This document shows, piece by piece, positions 25,414-34,867 of a stretch of DNA of 64,000 bases (the stretch's first letter is position 1; each line of letters starts with the position of its first letter). The translations under genes were made by a program, and so were the position numbers. The notes under the pieces were generated by a model. It searched no databases and was not told where the DNA came from. It was given only the letters and a program-made list of their open reading frames with translations. The stretch is from positions 69,055-133,054 of the forward strand of contig JALHFY010000002.1 in the NCBI GenBank assembly GCA_022837635.1. The letters are read 5' to 3'. Source of the stretch: Candidatus Shapirobacteria bacterium (GTDB lineage Bacteria; Patescibacteriota; Microgenomatia; UBA12405).

Positions 25414-26577
25414 ATTGCGGATTTTTTTGAGAAAAACTGGTCGGGAAAATTTGAGAGCGTTTCGATAACAATCTTGTGGATTCAGGTGGCTTTGATTAAG
25501 TTTTTGGATGGCGGTAGCACAAGAATCAGGGGTTAGTTTATCAAAAAGAAAGCCAGTTTTGCCGTGGATAACAGTTTCTCTAATACCGCCACTATTGTAG
25601 CCAATAACAGGACAACCTAGAGCCTGGGCTTCAACAGAGACCATGCCAAAATCTTCATTATCGGAACAGAAAAGATAGGCCTTGGCAGTCTTAAAAAGAG
25701 TTTCTTTTTGGGATTGAGTAACTTCACCTAAAAATTCAGTCTTGGGGCCAGCCAATTTTCTTAATTCTGCTTCAAATCCGGCAAAATCACGGCCAAAAAT
25801 TTTAAGAGGTAAATTAAGTTTTTTGCAGGCTAAAATGGCGATATCATAGCGTTTGGCCCTGGCTAAACGACCACCGGTGAGATAAAAGCACTCATCTGGT
25901 TTTTGGCGGTCCTCGCTACCTTCGGGCTGTCCTCCGACTGCGTCGGAGTCACGCGTTCGCTGCGGTCCTGAAAAACCAGATTTCGTTAACTTTAATGGAA
26001 CTTCGATGGGGGGGTTGATGACGATAGCAGAACGGCGGTAGAACTTTTTAATACGAGCAGCGGTAGTTTGAGAATTGGCGATATATTGGTCGACGTTTTG
26101 GGAAAACTTAAAATCGGCTAGACGTAAAAAATGGTTGGCAATGTTGGCCAAAAATTTTAAGAGAGGATATTTTTGAAAATTACGAGCGGTAGGAAGACCA
26201 TAAAGATAGCGAGGTGGAGTATGGCAATAACAAATAAGCTTGGCAGATTTTTTGTTGACAGCATTGGGGAAATAAGCTCCAGTGGCAGAACTAATAATCA
26301 AATCATAACCAGAAAAATCAAAGAACTTAAAAGCCAAAGGGGATAAAAGACGGAGAGGGCTGATAATTTTGTGAGCAAAGGGAATATATTTAAAAAAAGA
26401 TTGATGAACCCGATGGTCCCATTTTTTTTGCAAACGACTTCGGTGAGGACCGAAATAAGATGGGGCGTAAAAGGAAGTGAAAATATCAGCTTTAGGGTAA
26501 AGATCGGTTAAAGTTTCAAAAACCGCTTCAGCGCCACCGTATTCTTTGAGATAGTCATGAACCAAGGCAATACGCAT
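25390..26577 (-). CDS. Family-1 (GT4-like) glycosyltransferase carrying an in-frame GC-rich insertion
   Basis: MRIALVHDY...YGGAE start; GT-B C-terminal half. The 25897-25975 GC-rich palindrome encodes RTRDSDAVGGQPEGSEDRQ. Confidence 0.7.
   Translation of the reverse strand: MRIALVHDYLKEYGGAEAVFETLTDLYPKADIFTSFYAPSYFGPHRSRLQKKWDHRVHQSFFKYIPFAHKIISPLRLLSPLAFKFFDFSGYDLIISSATGAYFPNAVNKKSAKLICYCHTPPRYLYGLPTARNFQKYPLLKFLANIANHFLRLADFKFSQNVDQYIANSQTTAARIKKFYRRSAIVINPPIEVPLKLTKSGFSGPQRTRDSDAVGGQPEGSEDRQKPDECFYLTGGRLARAKRYDIAILACKKLNLPLKIFGRDFAGFEAELRKLAGPKTEFLGEVTQSQKETLFKTAKAYLFCSDNEDFGMVSVEAQALGCPVIGYNSGGIRETVIHGKTGFLFDKLTPDSCATAIQKLNQSHLNPQDCYRNALKFSRPVFLKKIRNLVTRFSR
25897..25975. repeat. GC-rich palindromic element (family with 46739-46806), intragenic
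   Basis: ggtttttggcgg...ccgactgcgtcgg...gaaaaaccagatttcg; compare ...gaaaaacaacatttcg at 46806. Confidence 0.65.
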
Positions 26578-26594
26578 GGCATATAATAGCAAAA

Positions 26595-27500
26595 TTAAAA
26601 TAAGGAGGTTTGTTGTGAAGGAGCGGCGGTTGGTGTCTTGATATTTAGTTTACGCTTAAGACGGGAAGAGAGGGATTTGAAGTGATATTGATCAAAAAGA
26701 GAGAGAAGACTAAGATATTTATCTGGAGTGAGTTTGGCGGATTTAAATTTATATTTAAGTGGGATATTGGTCACAATAGTGGCCAGTTTTTGCGACAAAT
26801 AAGCATTGTCGCGATCTTTTTCTAGTTTTTGTCTAATAGTGGGTTTAATTTCTGATAAATGATGGTAAATATTGTCTAAGCTTTGGTACTTTTCCAAAAG
26901 TTCAGTGGCAGTTTTAGGACCGATACCGGCGACTCCAGGATAATTGTCGGACATATCCCCCATTAGAGCTTTGAGGTCGATCACTTGATTGGGGAAAACA
27001 CCTAAACGATCTTTAACCTCGTTAATACCATAAGTTTTAGTTTCGGAGAGACCGCGAACAGGGACGAAGAGAAAAGTTTTAGAGTCGACCAACTGCATTA
27101 AATCTTTGTCACCGGTGATAATGGTGATTTTTTTTAGTTTTTTAGCACGTCGAGCCAGAGTACCAATGAGATCGTCGGCTTCAAAACCACCTAGAGATAA
27201 GGCGGAAAGTCCGGCGTTTTCAAGAGTTTGGGGTAAAAGAGGTAGTTGAGAAACGAGATCTCTGTCAGCGGGTTGGCGTTTGGCTCGATAACCAATAAAT
27301 TCTTGTTGACGGAAGGTGGGGCCAGGGGAATCAAGACAGACTAGAAGATGGCTTGGTTGGAGGATGTCGATAGAGGACAAAAGCATGGAATAAAAACCAT
27401 ATAGGGCATTAACAGGCTGACCGTCGAGACTGAGAGGAGGAATAGAGTGATAGGCGCGATGAGCAATGGCATGACCATCAATGATGACTAAATGAGACAT
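26595..27500 (-). CDS. 5'-3' exonuclease (Pol I N-terminal/FEN-like domain, stand-alone)
   Basis: LVIIDGHAIAHRAYHS...; GIGPKTA helix-hairpin-helix. Confidence 0.8.
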   Translation of the reverse strand: MSHLVIIDGHAIAHRAYHSIPPLSLDGQPVNALYGFYSMLLSSIDILQPSHLLVCLDSPGPTFRQQEFIGYRAKRQPADRDLVSQLPLLPQTLENAGLSALSLGGFEADDLIGTLARRAKKLKKITIITGDKDLMQLVDSKTFLFVPVRGLSETKTYGINEVKDRLGVFPNQVIDLKALMGDMSDNYPGVAGIGPKTATELLEKYQSLDNIYHHLSEIKPTIRQKLEKDRDNAYLSQKLATIVTNIPLKYKFKSAKLTPDKYLSLLSLFDQYHFKSLSSRLKRKLNIKTPTAAPSQQTSLF

Positions 27501-27564
27501 AGGATATTATAAAAGATACCAGAAACAAGATACTAGAAATTAGAAATTAAGGTAGAATTTAATA

Positions 27565-28500
27565 ATGGAACAGCATCCGATTCCACAGCAAATCAGTTCC
27601 TACGAGTTCAAATTGGTAGGAGACATGACGCTGAAACAATTTGGAAAGGCGGCCGGGGGAATAATTTTGGCGGTGCTAATAAACACGACAGTTTTGCCTT
27701 TTTTTATAAAATGGCCACTAATGTTGATATCAGCAGTGGGAGGATTAGCACTGGCGTTTTTACCTTATCAAGATAGACCACTAGAAACTTGGATTGGAGC
27801 TTTTTTGAAGTCAATATATTCACCAACCGTATTTATTTATAAAAAGAAAAAGCCGGAAAACTGGTTGGATATTGACTTGACAAAAAAAATTGAAAATAAA
27901 GAGGAGGAAAAAATTGAAGTACCACAGAAGGAAGAAAGAAAAGTAAAAGAATTTATCGAGTCACTGCCGTCAGTAGAACGAGAGAGACGAGTTAAAGAGG
28001 ATTTGAAAACAGAAGAAGTGGAAAAAATTGCGGAAAAAATGGAGGAGAAGGTAAAAGAGAAACTAGAAACGAGAAAACAGAAACCAGAAATAAAACAAGA
28101 GGAGGAAACGGGGGACAAGACAAAGGGTATGGGAGTGGAGAGTCGACCCGTGGGACCTAAATTAGACTTAAAAACTCAAAAATTAGAGGCGACAGGAGAT
28201 GCGGTTTTTGGCAGTATTCCCATGCCTAGTATTCCAGAAACGCCTAATGTCTTGGTGGGAATGGTTTTGAGCACTGATAATAAAATTGTGGAAGGGGCAA
28301 TTGTGGATTTGCAAGATAAAAGTGGTAATTCAGCTAGGGTCTTAAAAACCAATCAGTTAGGTCAATTCAAAACGCTAACACCATTAAGTCCAGGAAAATA
28401 CTTAGTAGTCACGGAAAAAGAGGGCTTAAAGTTTGATCGAGTCGAAATAGAATTAGATGGAAAAATCGTGCAACCCTTAAAAATTATCGCCAAAGCTTAA
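27565..28500 (+). CDS. Membrane protein with KE-rich linker (T4SS-cluster associated)
   Basis: Two TM helices, then a charged low-complexity segment containing a heptad minisatellite. Confidence 0.35.
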   Translation: MEQHPIPQQISSYEFKLVGDMTLKQFGKAAGGIILAVLINTTVLPFFIKWPLMLISAVGGLALAFLPYQDRPLETWIGAFLKSIYSPTVFIYKKKKPENWLDIDLTKKIENKEEEKIEVPQKEERKVKEFIESLPSVERERRVKEDLKTEEVEKIAEKMEEKVKEKLETRKQKPEIKQEEETGDKTKGMGVESRPVGPKLDLKTQKLEATGDAVFGSIPMPSIPETPNVLVGMVLSTDNKIVEGAIVDLQDKSGNSARVLKTNQLGQFKTLTPLSPGKYLVVTEKEGLKFDRVEIELDGKIVQPLKIIAKA

Positions 28501-28523
28501 TTAAATAAGTTATGATTGTATAA

Positions 28524-29225
28524 ATGAGTAATGATGCTTTAAGGTACGCCATTAAAGGTAGTACTCAGGATAATTTACCAATTGAGGATATAATTGACGG
28601 AATCGTCATCTTAAAAGATGGTTCAGCTTGTCAGGTTTTACAATTATCTTCAGTTAATTTTGATCTTTTGTCAGAAAGGGAGCAAAAAGCGTTGGTGTTT
28701 GCTTATGGAGGAATTTTGAACTCCTTAAATTTTAATATCCAAATTATTATCAACTCGACCTCTAAAGATATCGGTAATTATATGTCAAACTTGGATGCAG
28801 CCTTGCGAAGACAACCTAATCCAAAACTGAAAGAAAGAATAATTTCTTATCGTAAATTTATTGAAGAAACAGTAAAAAGAAACGATGTGTTGTCTAAAAC
28901 TTTTTACATTGCCATTCCTTTTACCAGCGCTGAAATGGGAATCAAAGGGGCACAAAAACAAATAATGGGGTCACTTAATCCAATTAAAAAGAATACTTCT
29001 CTACCCTTTTCTAAAGAATATATTTTAGAAAAAGCCAAGGCAGCTTTAGGACCAAGACAAGACCATGTGGTCAGGCTTTTTTCTAGATTGGGATTGGAGG
29101 TAAGAGCTTTGGAAACTAAAGAATTGATTGAAATGTTTTATAAACATTACAATGAAGATGATTTTTCTAGTCAAAAATTAAAAAATGTTGATTATACGGC
29201 ACCAGTGGTGACTTCAAAAACATAA
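28524..29225 (+). CDS. Hypothetical protein immediately upstream of VirB4-like ATPase
   Basis: ORF; 3-bp spacing to the next gene. Confidence 0.3.
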   Translation: MSNDALRYAIKGSTQDNLPIEDIIDGIVILKDGSACQVLQLSSVNFDLLSEREQKALVFAYGGILNSLNFNIQIIINSTSKDIGNYMSNLDAALRRQPNPKLKERIISYRKFIEETVKRNDVLSKTFYIAIPFTSAEMGIKGAQKQIMGSLNPIKKNTSLPFSKEYILEKAKAALGPRQDHVVRLFSRLGLEVRALETKELIEMFYKHYNEDDFSSQKLKNVDYTAPVVTSKT

Positions 29226-29227
29226 AT

Positions 29228-31579
29228 ATGGGAATATTAGATCAATTTAAGAAGAAACAAGAGGAGGCGAAACCCGTCTCCGCCCCGCCGGAGCGAGATT
29301 TTGGTGTGGCGAAAGAATTTGTGGAAGGACTGGTGTCTATAAAAGATTTGATAGCCCCTTCAGCGATTGAAGTTGATTTTAATCATATTCGAATTGATAA
29401 CAAGTATTACCGAACTTGTTTTGTAGCTGGATATCCGCGAACAGTGGGAATGAACTGGTTATCAACTTTGATTAATTTTGATGCCTCAATGAGAGTGGCG
29501 ATGTATATCTATCCGACCGACGGAAAAGCAGTGTTAGATGACCTGAGAAGGAAAATTACCGAAATGGAGGCGGAAATTAGCACTGATGTACAAAGAGGAC
29601 GACTAATTAATCCTTCAACACAAGCAAAGCTGGAGGATGCTTTGAATTTACAATCAGATTTAGTTAAGGGTGAGGAGAGGTTTTTTCAACTTGGTTTATA
29701 TATGACTATTTCAACCGATACTAAAGAAGAATTAGACAGAGTGACTAAAAATTTGGAGTCAGCGCTGGGAGCGTTGATGATAATTGCTAAAAATACCACT
29801 TTGCAAATGAACGAGGGTTTTGCCACTACCCTACCTTTGTGCTCAGATAGTATAGAAGTCACCAGAAATATGGACACCACATCATTGGCGTCAACCTTTC
29901 CTTTTGTTTCTTCTGATTTATCTGATGACAAAGGAATAATGTATGGAATTAATGAGCATAACGGTTCCTTGGTTATCTTCGATAGATTTTCAATGCAAAA
30001 CTACAACTCGGTAGTATTTGCTTCGGCGGGGGCGGGTAAATCTTACATGATCAAGTTGGAGGCGATGAGGTCGTTGATGATGGGAATAGATATTATTGTG
30101 ATTGATCCGGAAAACGAATACAGAAGTCTAGCTGATTCAGTAGGAGGTCAATATATTGCCTTTGGATATGGTGAAGAGTCGAAGATTAACCCTTTTGACT
30201 TATCACTGGTAGTAGAGGAAGGAGAAAATGCTCTTAATGACAAGGTGTTGACGCTTCATAAGATGTTTAAGATTATGATTGGTGAAATGGACCCGATTGA
30301 AGAGTCGATTTTGGATAAGGCGGTCATGGAAGCTTATCGAGCCAAAGGAATTACCCCGGATTCTGAAACTCAGAATAAAGAAGCACCTTTGATTGAAGAT
30401 TTATACAAAGCTTTGATTGGAATGGAAGAGGAAAAAGCAAAGAGCTTGGCGGCAAGATTGGAAAAATATATTAAAGGTTCTTTTGCGGGAATTTTTAACC
30501 AGAAAACAACAGTTAATTTAACTAACCAGTTTGTAGTCTTTGGAATTAGAAATTTGGAGGAAAGTTTAAGGCCAGTAGCGATGCATATTATTTTGGACTA
30601 TATTTGGACGGTAGTTAAAAAAGAATTAAAAAAGCGGATTTTGGTGGTGGATGAGGCTTGGTATTTAATGCAATATGAAGATTCGGCGGCTTTCTTGAGA
30701 GGAATTGTAAAAAGAGGTCGAAAGTATTATCTGGGAGTAACGACAATTACCCAGGATGTAGATGACTTTCTACAAACAGCTTATGGTAAAGAAATTGTGA
30801 CCAATAGCGCCATTCAAATATTGCTTAAACAACATAGTGCCGCCATAGAATTGATTGGCAAAACTTTTTATTTGTCTGAAGGAGAAAAACAACTACTATT
30901 GTCAGCTGATAAAGGTGAGGGAATATTCTTTGCGGGACAAAACCATGTAGCAATACAGGTAATCGCCTCAAAAGAAGAACATGATTTAATAACTTCAAAT
31001 CCTGAGGATTTATTGAGAAAGAAAATTGCCCAAAAACAGGCGGATTTGGTAAAAGAAAAGTTGCCAATAAACGAAGAAGAGGTAAATCCACCCCCAACCC
31101 CTCCTTTGGAGAAAGGAGGGGAGAGGCCTGACTCCACTAGCTCCGACGTGGCAAGGCCCGCCTCCGTTCAACAAAATAAAAACTTCGGCGTGGCGAAGCC
31201 TGAAGAACAGAAGCCTTTCGTGGTGGAGGTTGAGGAGACCCCAGAACAGAAATTAAAAAAGAGAATTGAGGAAATGGAGGCACAGGAAAAAACAGAGGAG
31301 GCGAAACCCGTCTCCGCCCCGCCGCTGCGGGACTCCGATGTGGCAAGGCCCGCCTCCGAAATGCCGAAATCTCAAGAATTGTTTAAGGCTGGGACATCAA
31401 CAGCTAAAAAACCGGTGTTTTTAATCAACCAACAAGAAGAGGTAAAAATTCCTCAACCACCACAGTTGGTAAAGAAACCCGTCTCCGCCCCGCCGGAGCG
31501 GGGCTCCGATGTGGCAAGGCCTGAAGATAAGAATAAATTAACCTACGAAGAATTGTTCGGAAATGATAAACAAGTTTAG
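29228..31579 (+). CDS. VirB4/TraC/TrbE-like type IV secretion ATPase with repeat-built C-terminal tail
   Basis: Walker A FASAGAGKSY; Walker B ILVVDEAWYLM; 783 aa; residues ~620-783 consist of GC-rich repeat units. Confidence 0.7.
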   Translation: MGILDQFKKKQEEAKPVSAPPERDFGVAKEFVEGLVSIKDLIAPSAIEVDFNHIRIDNKYYRTCFVAGYPRTVGMNWLSTLINFDASMRVAMYIYPTDGKAVLDDLRRKITEMEAEISTDVQRGRLINPSTQAKLEDALNLQSDLVKGEERFFQLGLYMTISTDTKEELDRVTKNLESALGALMIIAKNTTLQMNEGFATTLPLCSDSIEVTRNMDTTSLASTFPFVSSDLSDDKGIMYGINEHNGSLVIFDRFSMQNYNSVVFASAGAGKSYMIKLEAMRSLMMGIDIIVIDPENEYRSLADSVGGQYIAFGYGEESKINPFDLSLVVEEGENALNDKVLTLHKMFKIMIGEMDPIEESILDKAVMEAYRAKGITPDSETQNKEAPLIEDLYKALIGMEEEKAKSLAARLEKYIKGSFAGIFNQKTTVNLTNQFVVFGIRNLEESLRPVAMHIILDYIWTVVKKELKKRILVVDEAWYLMQYEDSAAFLRGIVKRGRKYYLGVTTITQDVDDFLQTAYGKEIVTNSAIQILLKQHSAAIELIGKTFYLSEGEKQLLLSADKGEGIFFAGQNHVAIQVIASKEEHDLITSNPEDLLRKKIAQKQADLVKEKLPINEEEVNPPPTPPLEKGGERPDSTSSDVARPASVQQNKNFGVAKPEEQKPFVVEVEETPEQKLKKRIEEMEAQEKTEEAKPVSAPPLRDSDVARPASEMPKSQELFKAGTSTAKKPVFLINQQEEVKIPQPPQLVKKPVSAPPERGSDVARPEDKNKLTYEELFGNDKQV
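29276..29323. repeat. GC-rich hairpin repeat family B copy (intragenic)
   Basis: gcgaaacccgtctccgccccgccggagcg... (GCCCCGC nnnn GCGGGGC palindrome). Confidence 0.7.
31085..31126. repeat. GC-rich hairpin repeat family A copy (intragenic)
   Basis: aatccacccccaacccctcctttggagaaaggaggggagagg. Confidence 0.75.
31301..31350. repeat. Repeat family B copy (intragenic)
   Basis: gcgaaacccgtctccgccccgccgctgcgggactccgatgtggcaaggcccgcctccg. Confidence 0.75.
31474..31522. repeat. Repeat family B copy (intragenic)
   Basis: gaaacccgtctccgccccgccggagcggggctccgatgtggcaaggcc. Confidence 0.75.
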
Positions 31580-31593
31580 GATATAATTTTCCT

Positions 31594-34500
31594 ATGGCTG
31601 AGTTGTTTTTGAATATTAATACCCTGGTTTTGGCACTAAAAGGATTAAAAGAGAAGAGTTTGTTAGAAGATAGAGATTTGTATGATGAAACCCGAGAAGT
31701 TTTTAGAAAATTAAACTTATTAAGTGATTTTAACGAGAAAGATCTTCAAAAGATTATTCAAAAATTGGAGGCTTTACCTCCAGAAATAAAAGAAAAAGAT
31801 TTAAGGGAATTAGAGGGCGGGCAAGAAAAGAAGTTGGAAAGTGATCTTAGTCAAAAGAAACTGGAAGAGTTGATTGAAACTTACGAAAAATCTCAAGATA
31901 GCAAAGAAAAGGAGAAGATATCTCGTGAGATTTATTTGAGAACTGGCGAAAAAGATGTGGCTCTGTTTATAGAGAAGCAAAGAGAGTTGGCGGCAGAAAA
32001 ACTCAGCTCTGTCTCAACAGAAAAGGATTTTGAGATGGTAAAGCGAACCTATAGACAGGAAGGAACAATAGAAATTCAAGTAAAACTTGAAAAAGAAATA
32101 AAAACTGAAAGTGAAGAATTAGAAGCAAGAATAAAAGAGGAAAAAACTAAACAGGTAGTGAAAGAGGCAACAAAAAGTGAGAATTTTAATGAAAAAATAT
32201 TAGTAGAAACACTAAAGAGAAATTTAATAGATCCAAAAGAAATAAAAAAAGTAGTGGCGGAGGTTAAGAAAATCAGAAAAGAAAAAGAGAAAACTGAAAA
32301 AATAAACACAGAAATAAAAAAAGCGATTTATGAAGAAAAAAATGATTTAAGGAAAAAATTAGAAGAAAAATACGAGAAAAACAGTAATGAAATACAAGAA
32401 ATTTTAAGAAAAGTAGATCAAGTTAAGGCGGAAATAAAAGTAGAAGCCGAAGCAAAGAAAATTGTAGAAAAAGTTTTTGAAAAATTAAAAGAAGAATCTC
32501 TGCCTATAAACGAGAATTCTCAACTGGAATTAAAACAGGCAATTTTGAATTCCTGGGAAAACAACGAAAAATTGGTATTACCAAAAGAAATAGAGGGATT
32601 GACTAATAAAACAACAGTAGTAAGGGAGTTGTTGGTATCAGTGGATAAGTTCAAAAAAGAGGAACTAGTAACAATAATAAATTTCAGGGCTAGTAAACTT
32701 GAAGAAAAAGTAACTAGATCTTTAAGGGAATCAGGAGTTCAAAACGAAGAGTTGATTGCAGAATATACGGCTGTTTTAAGTGAATTCTATAACGACTCTA
32801 ATAGTTTGGTCGCAGAAATTAATATAGACGAATCTGTTAATTTTGTAAGATCGATGGTACCTCAAGCCAGTTTATGGCAAGCAGAAGAAAGTGTTCGAGA
32901 AGCTCAGTTTTTAGCAAAAAATTTAGTTAAGTCTCCAAAAAGATTTAATACACTTCTAAACAGATATAACTTGGTTCGTGACAAAATTGGAATAGAAAAT
33001 TTACCTAAAGTGGAAGAAGCTAGAGTAACAGAAAAAATCACTAATTTTTTATCTAAGAGTCCTCAAACATTAAAGCTTTTAGGTCGTGCTCAAAGGATTG
33101 GGAGCGTGGTAGCTCAAATACAAGGTTTTCCAAAAACCTTGTTCTTAAAAGGAACAGAAAAAGTGTCGGGCTTTGTTTTTGAAAAAATAGGTAATCAAGC
33201 AATGGCCTCTTTTGTCCAAAATTCGGCGGCAGTAATTGCCAAAGAAGGAAGCACAAAAGGAATTACTTTGATTTTAAAATCGGTTTTAAGTAAAGGGGCA
33301 GTGGTGGCTGGAGAAACTGCAGCTGGAGGCGCGGCTGGTGGTGGAGCTTTAGCAGGAGCAGTAGCTGCTTTTCAGGCGTTACCAGTAGTAGGTCAAGTAA
33401 TTGCTGTAGTAACTTTGGTGGTAACAGCAGTAGTTGTAGTAGCGAAGTCGGTTATTAAAACATTAAAGGGTTTGGTAGAAAAAATTCTGGGGACAAAACT
33501 AAATCAGATTCAGAGGTTTCTGTCGGAAGATTTAGGTTTAGGAAAGTTTGCTGGAAAAGTAGGTCAATTTCTTTTTGATCTCTGGGTGTTTTTGGTGGGA
33601 ATACCAAAAATGCTAAGACTATTAAAAACTGGTGCAGTTGTATCTCCAGTAATCGGTTTTTTCTTTATTGGTACTTTTGCGTATACTTTGTTTCAACACC
33701 AACAGGTTTCATCAATAGTACCACCAACTGATTTAAGTGGATGTATCTTGAAGAGAGGAAGTGGTCCCGGAGGGACGGCTCAAATTGGAGAGGTAAACTG
33801 TGATCCTAATGCTCCAGAAAATGAAGTGCCTGGTTTAAGAGGAGGTAAAGCTAATTATGTCCGAATTGCTAATCAATGGTGGTCGGGAAAGAATTATGCA
33901 GAGGAATGTTTTAATGATGTAGTTAACAGATCTTTGTGTGCCGGTATTAATCCTTTGTATTCTCTGTGGGCTTGGGTCCATGAGTCAGGAGCAAGTAATT
34001 ATGACCATGGTAATGTTCAGGATTTTGGGATAAACGACAGTTCAATTGAAAATAATTTTGATGCTCAAATTAAAATTTTTTTGAACCTAGATCCAGCTAG
34101 TGCTTGTGATTTAAGCGACCCTAAATTAAGTGGTCCGGATGGTTATTGGTTGGCCTGGGCATCTCGTTATTTAACAGGTCAATGTGATCCGGATGTAGGT
34201 CAAGCACAGACCGGGAATACAGGAAGAGAGTATTTTAATGATATGAAAAACAAAACCTGGGATTGGATAGCTAGTGTGCCAATTCCAAAAGATATTTATG
34301 TGGAAAAAGGTGGAAAAAATTGTGAACAGGCGGGAGCACCTTTGGCTCTAACTGGACCAACTAAAGAAATTATTGGAGACGATGGTCAAGTCTATATATG
34401 TAGTACTGGTGGAAGCGGAGGACCATCAATGATTAGTCCAGGAGGAGCGCCAGTAGCCGGTTCTATTACTCAATGCCCCTTTGACTCTTTTAGTCACGGG

Positions 34501-34851
34501 AATTCTTGGGCAATTGACTGGGGAGCACCCTTTGGAACACCGATTTATTCAACCTTTTCCGGTATAGCGCGATTGGGAGAAGGAAATGGTTACGGATTTT
34601 ATGTGGATATACACAGTAACTATAATGGGGATGATTTTTTTATCCGTTATGCGCATATGCCTCCAGGTGGATACACTGTTGGAGACGGTGAAGCGGTGGC
34701 GGCAGGTCAACAGATTGGAATAGTGGATAATACCGGTTTTTCTACAGGGAATCATTTGCATTATCAAGTATTTGGGGCCAATATTGATTGGGATAATGCT
34801 GGACCTTATTTTGGTTTAACCCAAGAGGAATTTAACAGTGCCTGTCGATAA
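31594..34851 (+). CDS. Large coiled-coil/TM protein with C-terminal cell-wall hydrolase region (M23 peptidase; possible lysozyme-like part)
   Basis: K/E-rich coiled coil; TM segments; M23 motifs HGNSWAIDW and GNHLHYQV. Confidence 0.6.
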   Translation: MAELFLNINTLVLALKGLKEKSLLEDRDLYDETREVFRKLNLLSDFNEKDLQKIIQKLEALPPEIKEKDLRELEGGQEKKLESDLSQKKLEELIETYEKSQDSKEKEKISREIYLRTGEKDVALFIEKQRELAAEKLSSVSTEKDFEMVKRTYRQEGTIEIQVKLEKEIKTESEELEARIKEEKTKQVVKEATKSENFNEKILVETLKRNLIDPKEIKKVVAEVKKIRKEKEKTEKINTEIKKAIYEEKNDLRKKLEEKYEKNSNEIQEILRKVDQVKAEIKVEAEAKKIVEKVFEKLKEESLPINENSQLELKQAILNSWENNEKLVLPKEIEGLTNKTTVVRELLVSVDKFKKEELVTIINFRASKLEEKVTRSLRESGVQNEELIAEYTAVLSEFYNDSNSLVAEINIDESVNFVRSMVPQASLWQAEESVREAQFLAKNLVKSPKRFNTLLNRYNLVRDKIGIENLPKVEEARVTEKITNFLSKSPQTLKLLGRAQRIGSVVAQIQGFPKTLFLKGTEKVSGFVFEKIGNQAMASFVQNSAAVIAKEGSTKGITLILKSVLSKGAVVAGETAAGGAAGGGALAGAVAAFQALPVVGQVIAVVTLVVTAVVVVAKSVIKTLKGLVEKILGTKLNQIQRFLSEDLGLGKFAGKVGQFLFDLWVFLVGIPKMLRLLKTGAVVSPVIGFFFIGTFAYTLFQHQQVSSIVPPTDLSGCILKRGSGPGGTAQIGEVNCDPNAPENEVPGLRGGKANYVRIANQWWSGKNYAEECFNDVVNRSLCAGINPLYSLWAWVHESGASNYDHGNVQDFGINDSSIENNFDAQIKIFLNLDPASACDLSDPKLSGPDGYWLAWASRYLTGQCDPDVGQAQTGNTGREYFNDMKNKTWDWIASVPIPKDIYVEKGGKNCEQAGAPLALTGPTKEIIGDDGQVYICSTGGSGGPSMISPGGAPVAGSITQCPFDSFSHGNSWAIDWGAPFGTPIYSTFSGIARLGEGNGYGFYVDIHSNYNGDDFFIRYAHMPPGGYTVGDGEAVAAGQQIGIVDNTGFSTGNHLHYQVFGANIDWDNAGPYFGLTQEEFNSACR

Positions 34852-34867
34852 CAGGTTAAAATAAATT

